DNA of 63,826 bases, counting the filler, from Bigelowiella natans CCMP2755 (lineage: Eukaryota; Protista; Cercozoa): NCBI GenBank assembly GCA_000320545.1. It is 7 parts of 7 records of this genome, joined end to end, with 100 filler letters (N's around TTAATTAATTAA, not from the genome) between each part and the next. Parts side by side here need not be neighbours in the genome. Positions count along the whole stretch, not along the records: positions 51,120 to 60,887 come from ADNK01002476.1; positions 60,988 to 63,826 come from ADNK01001379.1; 5 more parts are not named here. One strand, 5' to 3'. Position numbers and translations under genes: made by a program. Under the pieces are notes generated by a model, which saw only the letters and a list, made by a program, of their open reading frames with translations, was not told the DNA's origin and made no database searches. How positions within the stretch are numbered: the first letter of the stretch is position 1; every line of letters starts with the position of its first letter. This document shows, in pieces, positions 54,273 to 63,826 of this stretch.

Positions 54273-55287
54273 GCTGTTATTCCTACAGCCTAGTTGACAT
54301 CACGTTCGCTTGTGAGAGGATACCAACTTCTTGGGGGATCGGATGAAGTCAATTGAAGCAGTTTTTACTCTCATCTAGTCATTTCGCATCATTTGTGTTG
54401 TTAGAGATCGGCAGGTGCGTCTAGATGTACATCTATCAACACATGAGCATGCAGTTTGGATTAAACAAACAGTATTAGCAACCTGGACGTACGTTTTATA
54501 GTTTCTGGGCTCATCAGTGATGCAGTTCACGTGTGGCACGCACGCAGGCTAGCTAGCTAGCTAGGAGGCACATTTGCCAAGACACACATGCATGCAAGCT
54601 TGCAAAACCGTGTGCTGGCAGGTGAACAGAATTGAAGCAGGCAATGCAAACAATGGCAGGACCTAGAGGACATGCTTGATGGGCCTTGCATGCATGAGGC
54701 AGAGCCACACTAGCACGTCCAGCACACAGCAGACTTCCTGCGTGCTAGCGTGCCCGAGCTAGTGTAGCGAGAGCCGATTTGCCAGCTTGCTACATATCTA
54801 GATATGCTGCTGCTAGCTAGCTGCTAGACATGATAGACATACAACTGGCGCATGCATCATGCACATGCAATCTTGCAATGCAATGCGATGATACTAGAAT
54901 ACTGGAATGAGTATGGCTAGACTGGCGCACCTGAACTGCTATAGCTAGATAGACTGCCAACGTAACCAATCTAGCTAGCTAGCAATGCTAGCAATGACCA
55001 CGACGAGTCACGCAGCTGAATCATTGCACATGAATATCATTATTGCTGCGCAACACAGCCACACAGTCATTGAGGCGCGCGCGGCAAGTCGTCACACTGT
55101 CTGTGCACTGCAGACGATGACCAAATGGCCACAACTTCATCCTCACCGCGTGCACATTTTTTTATCGATTTGCTCCCAATACCACTGACAATGTGCCTTA
55201 TTCTGTCAAGAATCGTAAGAAATAGAAGTTTTCGATTAGAATCGTTCATATTTTATTCAAAATTCTGAGAAAATCTTTCGTGTTGAC
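54273..55287. terminator. Palindrome-rich convergent intergenic zone (PDE / akirin)
   Basis: GGCTAGCTAGCTAGCTAGG (~54546), CATATCTAGATATG (54793), CTAGCTAGCTAGC (~54970); function inferred. Confidence 0.45.
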
Positions 55288-55863
55288 TTATGAAACGTAG
55301 CTGCAAGTCCTGCGATTCATTTGGCGATATACATAATCTTGATTGAAATTTGTGAAGTTCTCAAATTGCTCAGCGAGGCGATCATTTAAAATTTTGTTGT
55401 ATTGTTCACGAAGCTTCTCCTCCTGATCCTCCAATGCCCTTTGTACAATTTTATGAACTTGGTCTTCTGTAAAGTACTTTTTCTTTTTGTTAGAATTAGC
55501 CTTCCAATCAACTTTCACCCCTTTCACGGTAAAAGGATCGCTCTTTTCGCTTGGAGTATCACGCCCACAACTCTCTGGTCGTCTCAGACGCTTAGAGAAC
55601 TGATCCTCTTCAGTCTCCATCGCATTTTCAAATCTGTTTCTTTTCCTGCTCAGCGAAGTTTCCTGTAAATTCTTCATTGCCGGTAGCGCGGCCTTTTCAT
55701 CTACGTCTTGATCAAAGACCGGCTTCTTAGAAGAAAATTCACGAACGCGCTTGCGCCTTGCACCTTCCAGGCTGAGAAATTGAATTTTCCTTGGTGAACA
55801 ATTTGGTCTCGTGCTTAAGTCCTCGAGGTCATGGAAGCGACGTTTGTGGAGGAGGGTTGACAT
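55288..55863 (-). CDS. AKIRIN: Akirin-like protein, intronless
   Basis: C-terminus FTEDQVHKIVQRALEDQEEKLREQYNKILNDRLAEQFENFTNFNQDYVYRQMNRRTCSYVS matches the akirin coiled coil and terminal SYVS; N-terminal LHKRR...SPRK. Confidence 0.9.
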   Translation of the reverse strand: MSTLLHKRRFHDLEDLSTRPNCSPRKIQFLSLEGARRKRVREFSSKKPVFDQDVDEKAALPAMKNLQETSLSRKRNRFENAMETEEDQFSKRLRRPESCGRDTPSEKSDPFTVKGVKVDWKANSNKKKKYFTEDQVHKIVQRALEDQEEKLREQYNKILNDRLAEQFENFTNFNQDYVYRQMNRRTCSYVS

Positions 55864-56451
55864 GCTTCAAAGCCCCGGGAAGACAGCGCGATTTTTTGTT
55901 GAGACTGGAGTTGTGCTCACCTTCCCGATCAATTTTTAATAATAGACTCGGAAGATGTGCAGCAGCGTGGTTGGAGGGCACCAGCTGGTGGCTGCCTACG
56001 TTCTTCGAAGCAACAGCTTCCAACGAAAGGACGGGTCCTCTGTGTTTCGATCACTAATGAAAGCGCGCGAAGAAAGAACGGCGAAAAGAGTGGTGAATAC
56101 ATGATATTTCTTCCATGCGACAACATGGATTTTTGTGTCGCCACCTCTGAAATTTCCGGGTATTTTGTGTCGTTGGAACTGGGCCTTCAAGAAGGTTTGC
56201 CGGAATCAATGGCGTATTTTGTCTTGCGACATCAAGGCACCCTGAGCTAGAAAGCAAAATTGCCTTCGTCACCCCGCCGCGAACATTCTTCAAAAACATT
56301 TTCAATTTACGATGTTTCTCGCACGAAAAAATGACTGAAAATTTGTCTTGCATCCATCAAAAAACTTCGAAATAACTTTGTCAGAAGCAATGGCGCCTTC
56401 GAGTTGGAGTGAGCACTAACGTCATCGCTCCTCTCACATGCTGCGACGAGT

Positions 56452-58038
56452 ATGAGAAGGTCCTTATACGCGGCCTATCAAGAGGAAACGCTTATATTTG
56501 GGATGGGGTGTTATGGAGCGAAATAGGGTTGTGTTAGCGAGCGCACTAATTTCCGTTCCTGATGCATTTTCAAATGTTTGCATCGTGTGTCAGGGCATTA
56601 GAGAAGCTGTCGACGACACGCTGTCTTACCACGCAGCTATTATTCACGTTTGCTTTGGTAAGTGTATCTCGTACAAGAAATTTGCGATGGTTTCTGATTT
56701 CACCCTCTTTGTGCTGTCGCGTGTAGCTCTTGGTCGTCAACGCTTTCCTTCCGAATAATTGTCCAGCTCAACGGGCACCCAGTGGAGAAAACTCTGCCAG
56801 GGAGATTCAGAAGGAACTACAAAGCTTTCGCGCTCGCCTCGAAACTGAGGCTGACCTACTGAAGAAAATCAACGTCCACCAACGGTTCTGCCTGCACTTT
56901 ACGAGAATTTTCTCTTCTAGCATCTTTAAACGACGATGCGAGCATTGATTGTGTCTTGCAGCTATCAACGTCTTTCTCTTCCCGTCCATCTCATCCCGCC
57001 TCCCCCCTCCCCCCACTCCCAGAAACGAGGAGAACTTGAATGCCGCGATCGTCCAGAAGGACTTCCGAATCGAAGAGCTGGAAGAAGCTCTCCTGGCTGT
57101 GGAGATGAAACTGAACTCCACGCTGGGACATAGCAAGCCTCAGAAAGACGACGATGACGCATCTCAAACCGGGGACGAATCCTCCTTGGACACGAAAGCA
57201 GAGAAGGACATCGACGACGACCAGCAGAAAAACCACACCTTGCTCCCCAACCAGCTCACGCGCGAATCCGCCCCCCCCGGGATCGCCGTGTGTATCATAG
57301 CAGACAACAACGTCAAAGAGCTGCGCAAGACGATCGAGTCTGTTCTCAAAAACATGCCTGCCACTGGATTCCCCCTCTTCATCTCGCAGGTCGGGGCGGA
57401 TGAGGAGGTGACCGAGCTCATCCGCTCCTACCTCTACCAGGAGGGGGAGCGCACCAACGTCTTCTACCTTCAGTACCTCGAGGAGGAGGAGGAGGGTGGC
57501 GAGGGGGGGACGAGGACGACGACGACGACGACGACGACAACCGCGACCGCAAAGAAGAAGCAGCAATCCAGCGCTCTGTCTACCGATGCCATGCACCACC
57601 GGTGGAGCCTCTCGATGATCCTCGAGGCTCTGTCCTACTCAAAGGCGATGGTGATAAACGACTACCTTGACGTGGCGTTTGACTTCTTCGACTACCTCCA
57701 GGCCGCCTCTGGCTTGCTCGACGAGGACTCCAGCATCATGTGCATCTCGGCCTGGAATGAGAACGGCCAGGCCGACTTCGCCAAGGACAGCGGCTCCCTG
57801 GTGCGCAGCGACGTGTTTCCTGACTACGCCTGGATGATATCGAGCGACTTCTGGAGGGAACTCAAAGGAGAGTGGCCCTCTTCAGATTGGAGGCCATGGA
57901 TCAATAGCCGAGAGCTCATTAAGGGCCGCGCCTGTATAATCCCGCAAGTCTGTCGTGTCACCGTACGAAAGGCCCCGCTCCTCAGCGCAGCGGACCAGCA
58001 ACTCTTCGAGCAGTAAGCGCACCGATTAGACTGCGAAC

Positions 58039-58076
<38 letters not shown>

Positions 58077-58735
58077 TTTTTTTCCTCATTTTATATTGTC
58101 ATCTGTGTTGTGCTGGTATGTCTGGTTCGCCACGATTTCTCTTCCGAGAATTTCAGTCCAATCACACACCATCACACCGACCAAAAGAATACTGTCTGTC
58201 CTCTTCTCTCGTCGTATTGAGTTGCACTATTTTGCATGCCCCCCCCCCGCACTGTCTGCTAGATGGATGCCATTCATCACATTCACCCGTGCTCTACCTA
58301 CCTACCACACAGGTACATCGCCAAGATCAAACTGAATAAAAACCCCGTCAAGTTCTCAGTGATGGACCTTGGCTTCCTCGCCAAGTCGAAGTATGATGCC
58401 TACATCGACCAGCTCATCGCTGCAAGCGAGACGCTGGAGTCCGCGGCCGCGGTGAAGGCATACCGCGGCAAACCAGGCGACATAAAGGTGCTCTACGACG
58501 GGACGAGCACGTACGTCTCGATAGCGCGCAGCCTCGGCCTCCCCCCCAACCTGAAGCAAGGTCACCCCCCCGCCTCGTACAACGGGATCGTGACTATTGG
58601 CTATGGAACTGGAGGCTGTTCATCGCCCCGACAGACTGGGAGAAGAGGCTGGCGCATACCGAAGAAAAAGTGCGCAGTGGTAGTGGCGGGGCCGGCAGCA
58701 GCAATTCTGGGGGCTCTTCAGAATCGACGTTGTAA
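56452..58735 (+). CDS. GnT-I/MGAT1-like (GT13) type II membrane protein with degenerate catalytic motifs and an apparent frameshift near 58606
   Basis: TM anchor LLFTFALLLVVNAF, coiled-coil stem, FPLFISQ, HHRWSL, LDVAFDFFDY...LLDEDSSIMCISAWNENG, RSDVFP..AWM, GRACIIPQVCR, YNGIVT...RLFIAP. Start is uncertain. Confidence 0.85.
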
Positions 58736-58745
58736 CAAGTACTAG

Positions 58746-58975
58746 TCTGTGATGATTCTGTGGAGAGCCGTCGTCTTTCTGCTGTCCTTGCTCCGGGGTT
58801 GCCGTGGATGAGCACCAACGAGTTCTAACTCTGCCTGAATTATGCTTTGTAACATGTCGAGATCTGAGCAGCGAATAAGCTAAGCCCAGCATGCTGCGCT
58901 AGTACATCACATCACAGTTACATGCAAATACAAGATCCGCTATGAAGAAAACTCTTTGCAAAGCAATTCCATCCC

Positions 58976-59025
<50 letters not shown>

Positions 59026-59687
59026 GTGGCGCTACGGATATCAAGATGTGAGTGTGTGTGTGTGTGTTGCTAACGCGCTAAATTGCCTGATGTGGCCTAG
59101 CTCGCTAGGCACACAGCTGACAGCTTGATTAAAGGCAAATATCTAGATATACATCTACTACAACTGGACAAACATTTGCACAATGCACATGCTAGCATGA
59201 CACAACAAGTAGCGCGCGTGCTCGGCGAAGCCATGCAGTGCTAGATCGAGTGTAATAATACGAGCAGACGGATGTATACAGATGTAATGAAAATTTAAAT
59301 ATTTCATTACATCCGTCTCATACGTAACAAATGTATGATTATTTTTTCAATAGTCATCTGAACATGCGATATGTTAGCTGCCGTAGCAAAATAAAGCAAG
59401 CGTGCTCCATGATGAAGAAACAACATTCAGCAGGCCACATGACAGCGTAACACATACACACACACACGCACACATTTAGACATGGCCAGCTACTTACTCC
59501 GCCCTTTCGATCCGCCCTCTAGCTAGCTAGCCCTGCTAGCCTGCGCGTGCTGCGCAACATGCACATCTAGACATTTTAAGTCATGTGATGCTACCGAGTA
59601 CACTTTCCGTGCATGCAAAAAGTCATTGTCGTAACCGTCGAACGCAGTCGTCGTAATAATGCTAGAAAATCGTTCTTTCAGAAGGAA
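58746..59687. terminator. Palindrome-rich convergent intergenic zone (GnT-I / GT37-like) with hairpin
   Basis: CATGCTAGCATG at 59188, CTAGCTAGCTAGC at ~59519, inverted repeat 59267-59317. Confidence 0.45.
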
Positions 59688-60070
59688 TCACGGTGTGCTC
59701 CACTGTTTTCCAGGATACTTGTCGGTGAAATCAGGCGTATAGCACTGAATGCGACGCGACCACTGACCCCATTCTCTCACCGAGTACCTGTCGGAAGAGG
59801 ACGCATGTCGCCCCCAATTAAGGTTAGAAGGTGCTACGCTACATCCTCTCAGGCAAAATGAGCTGCGCTCGTGGTCTATACAAAGACGCTGGTGCGCACC
59901 GTACACATTCTCGATGGCCATCTCTCGCGCTTATGATTCTCGTTGGATGCGAGTGTGAAGAGTGGGTGATGCTTTTCGTTATTAGAGTGTGTGTTTGTTG
60001 ACTGACTCTGTAGAATCCGTCTTGTAGCATAAATCCACCACGGTGCCGCTGTTTGCGTAGTCGTACCTGA

Positions 60071-60103
<33 letters not shown>

Positions 60104-60452
60104 TCTCTCTCTCACACACACGCACGTAATGCCCCTTCGTTCTTCATCATTTGTAATGAGAAAATCCATCATCGTATCCGTCCCAGTCTCTGCTCCTTTC
60201 TCACCCTCCACATCATTCGCATACATACACACAGCAGCAGCAGTGGTTTCATCATCATCATCATCGTCGTCGTCGTCATCGTCAGCAGCAGCAGCAGCAG
60301 CAACCCGTCAGGTTTATCGAAATCCGTGATCATGTAAGAAGGAGCCATATGGTACGCCGCTGCCACCTACAAAACCAGCACCTTTCATTCAATTCCACAT
60401 AGTAGAGTCTCGGTTAACGCAACCCCCACGCACGCTCTCTCTCTCTCTCTCC

Positions 60453-60492
<40 letters not shown>

Positions 60493-60674
60493 AAGCTCCA
60501 TGTAGGAAGACATTCATTTCTTTCCAAAGAGATTCAAGCAAACTACTATCATTTTGGGCATGCGATCATCCCGGCCCCAAGCGCGCCCTACCTGCCCGTA
60601 CGACGACCACGCACAGATGAGCAGCTCATCGCACTTTGCTTGCAGGAGAATGTCCGCCAAGGCATTTCTGGTTC
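59688..60674 (-). CDS. Fucosyltransferase-like (GT37/O-FucT clan) C-terminal part, 5'-truncated
   Basis: NALADILLQAKCDELLICAWSSYGQ|VAAAYHMAPSYMIT resembles motif III of xyloglucan alpha-1,2-FucT (EMYLLSL.D.LVTSAWSTFGYVA); last exon ends KYPGKQWSTP*. Confidence 0.6.
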
Positions 60675-60707
60675 ATACAGCCATAACGACAACAGCACAC
60701 CACCACA

Positions 60708-60740
<33 letters not shown>

Positions 60741-60887
60741 GTAATCATCGTCGTCATCATCATCATCATCCGCACTGCAGAGCACCTTCGCACAGCTTAC
60801 CAATCTCACAGCTACTGCTCGCTACATCTCTCCCCCCCCCCCCCACCCTCCAAACACATAACGGGGAAAGAAGGGACCTGACGCCGT

Positions 60888-60987
60888 NNNNNNNNNNNNN
60901 NNNNNNNNNNNNNNNNNNNNNNNNNNNNNNNTTAATTAATTAANNNNNNNNNNNNNNNNNNNNNNNNNNNNNNNNNNNNNNNNNNNN
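60888..60987. other. Artificial contig linker
   Basis: N44-TTAATTAATTAA-N44. Confidence 0.97.
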
Positions 60988-61601
60988 TTATTATGAGCTA
61001 CGGTATGTGCAGCATTGTAACGGGCAAGAGTCGGAGGAAGGGGGGGGGGGGGGGGGCGAAGAGAAAATTGCCGATGATGATGATGATGACGATGATGAAT
61101 GGTGATGACGACCGAACAACAACAACAACAACAACAACAACAGCAGCAGCGACAACAACAGGAAGACGCCAAATTGCCAACAATGGCTCATCGTCAGATT
61201 ACTAGCAGCAGCACCTGACTAAAGAGCACGTAGAAGGCTTGGTATACCGACGGGTAGTGGATCATACGCGCCACGCCTAAAAGCTGCATCACGCAGAACA
61301 GCCTTGGAGGAGGAGAAGGAGGAGGAGGAGGAGGAGGAGGAGGAGGAGGAAGAGAATGTTATCATGGTAATCATTGGAGTCTGAAGCCTCACTGGGGGAA
61401 GGGGGAGGGGGACGAAAAATCCAACCGAAGAAGTTTGATCTTGCATGAACATCAATTGTAGGAAACTGTACTGAAGCACGAGCTGCGGACACAAACTTTT
61501 GTCGCAGTCTCCGGCGGCAAAATCGTGCATGCGACGACAGATTCCCAGAATTCTTCGAGGAAAAATGCTAGTGGAATCGAGAGGAAGAAAGGCTCAACTG
61601 G

Positions 61602-61642
<41 letters not shown>

Positions 61643-62222
61643 AGCAGCACACAAGCACACAAGAACACACGCATGACCGCATCCCACCCCCCCCCCCTCC
61701 CTCACTGCACCCCTGCAGAACTGCGTCGAGGGCTTGGCTCCTCGTGCCCTCCGAGATGTCATCGAGATTGCTCGTCGTCAGATTCGAGAGCAGCTTGATG
61801 AGATTGAGCACATCTTCCTCATCCTTGCTCTCCTCCTCCTCCTCCTCCTCGGGGGACCTGCTGTCGTGGGGGGATTTGGCGGCCGATTTCGCCTCGCCCT
61901 CCGCAGCAGCGGCGGCCCGGGTGAAATGGCGCGTGTAGCTCTGAACGACGACGAGCGACTGCCGGATGAGGAAGAGAGCTTGCTGGCTGGTGCAGTAGGC
62001 TAGGTGAGACTCCACCTGCACGGGGTGGGGGATGGGTGGGGGTGGATGATGGTGGTGATGACAATGACCATGGGCGTGTCCGTGAGGAAGGGACAAGGAA
62101 AGAGAAAGCACATTCAGGAAAAAAGGGGGGGAGGGAGAGGAGGGGGAGGGGGCTGGGGCTTATGGCTGCATGAATTGCTACTATCGTTCCCGACTACATA
62201 TACTCAATATATACTACCACTG

Positions 62223-62254
<32 letters not shown>

Positions 62255-62547
62255 GCTACTACAACTGCAGCAGCACTCACCGTGTCAACGAAGAACTCAA
62301 CGGCTTTCGAAACCACATAGCGGCCCTCTTCCCGGGCCCCGTACTCTCCTACCAACTTGGCGATCGCCTCGAAATGCGTTCCGAGAAACGCATGGCTCAG
62401 CTGGCAGCTTTTCCTCCCTTCCGTGCGGCCGACCCCGTGCAGCATAGAGAGCGCTATGTGCAGTCGCCGTATGAAGCCAGAGCTGTACTTGTTCTCCTGA
62501 GGAGGGAAAGGAGGAGGAGGCGGTAGAGGGGGAGTGATGACGACGAC

Positions 62548-62578
<31 letters not shown>

Positions 62579-63826
62579 GCGGTGCGGATTTAGTTTGTTT
62601 GCGATAAAACACAACACACGTCTTTCATCTTATGCTGGTGGCTTCACAACATCTCCAAAATTGCCGTCATCATCTTCTTCCCCATGATCCCGTATTGCCA
62701 TTCGTCGCCAAATCGCCCCTCTCCCAATGGCCTATACCGCGGCTACCCCCCTGCCCCCTCTCCTCCACGCTAAACCTTGAATTTGCTATGGCCGAGTACG
62801 GAGTGAAGGATGTCTCTGATGGGAGCTACCACCATGGAAAAGACCCGCCGCTGCTTCTGCGGCTCGTCCACAATGCCCTCCGCAATGGAGAGGCAGATCG
62901 CCTTGGTCAGCTTTGAGAGGGCGCTCGGCTGCAGCCCGACGATGCGCTCGTGCTGCTTGGAATACGCCTCCAGGAGCAGCATCCACCCCTTAGTCTGATG
63001 GTCATTATTATTAGGAGGAGGAGGAGGAGGAGGAGGAGATAGTTCTTCAGCTCATCACCGTCATCATCGCATGAAACAATAGTCGGTGGCATCTAAGGAA
63101 TAGCTATCGATGCTGTTCTATCACTGAGGAGGCAGCAGCAGCGCAATATGGACTATCGATGCAGCGAAGGACGAAGGATGCCGTGTTCCTTCTTCACTTC
63201 TACTCATTTCTTCTTCTTCCTCCTCCTCCTCCTCCTCCTCCTCCTCCTCCTCCTCATCACAGCTATAGGCTGAATTGTACCTTGCCTATGCTTTGCCTTA
63301 TCTTGGGCATCTTTGCCAGACCGTACAGCATGTCGGCGGTCTTCTCAGCGACCTGACGGACAATGATGATGATGATGATGATGATGAGGAGGAGGAGGAG
63401 GAGGGGGAGGAGGAGGAGGAGGAAGAAGAAGGAAGTAGTGGAGATGATGAATGTACTTGTTCCGTAGCCTCATCAGCCGTATTGGTGGTGCTGCCGCCGC
63501 TGCTGCTGCGGTGGAGGAGAATCAACAGCATACGACTGCTATTACGACGACGGCAGCGGTTGTTGATGACGACGATGATGATGAGAAGGAGAAGAACCAC
63601 CTCCTCCTCCTCCTCCTCCTAATCATCATAATAATTATAATTCTTAGACTGGCTGGACTAGGGGGAGGTGGGTGGTACCCACTACGACAAAGAGAGACAA
63701 TGTACTCCAGGATATCCTGCTGGTATTCTCCCGTGCATAGAGTAGGCCTATAAATAAATAAGCATATCAATAACTTGATAACTACATACCATATTCTGTG
63801 GCTCATATTCTGTGACTGATGATAAA
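60988..63826 (-). CDS. Exportin-4-like karyopherin, internal fragment
   Basis: VESHLAYCTSQQALFLIRQSLVVVQSY...EEDVLNLIKLLSNLTTSNLDDISE...DAVLQG resembles the XPO4 HEAT region (EEEQY.DLLLIMELLTNLLSKE..DFS...VVLYG); upstream helical exons are consistent. Confidence 0.65.

Noticed and set aside
32477-60674. A single five-gene glycosylation cluster
   Set aside because: It spans two artificial linkers, so linkage between contigs is unsupported.

Overview
Eukaryotic nuclear DNA, not prokaryotic. Seven contigs are joined by six artificial 100-nt linkers (N44-TTAATTAATTAA-N44), so adjacency across gaps carries no information. Genes are mostly intron-rich with microsatellite-filled GT-AG introns, and most six-frame ORFs are repeat artefacts. 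I spliced exons by hand, so internal boundaries are approximate. Recognisable products: RIO2-like kinase, DNAJB6-type J protein, SCAPER-like protein, Glu/Leu dehydrogenase, MAP10-like protein, SAM+multi-TM protein, purple acid phosphatase, NodZ/GT23 fucosyltransferase, compact PI3K, GT47 exostosin, GT60 GlcNAc-transferase, a two-zinc-finger protein, class I cyclic-nucleotide PDE, akirin, a degenerate GnT-I (GT13), a GT37-like fucosyltransferase and exportin-4. Several bipartite-looking leaders suggest an alga with a secondary plastid, possibly a chlorarachniophyte (inference only). The most striking feature is architectural. Within each contig, neighbouring genes alternate strand. Head-to-head gaps are largely repeat-free and AT-rich, while tail-to-tail gaps are 0.5-1 kb zones rich in short palindromes (CTAG, TGCA, CATG, AGCT; recurrent CATGCTAGCATG and GCTAGCTAGC). 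This suggests a paired promoter/terminator genome grammar. No rRNA, tRNA, CRISPR or intact mobile element was recognised.
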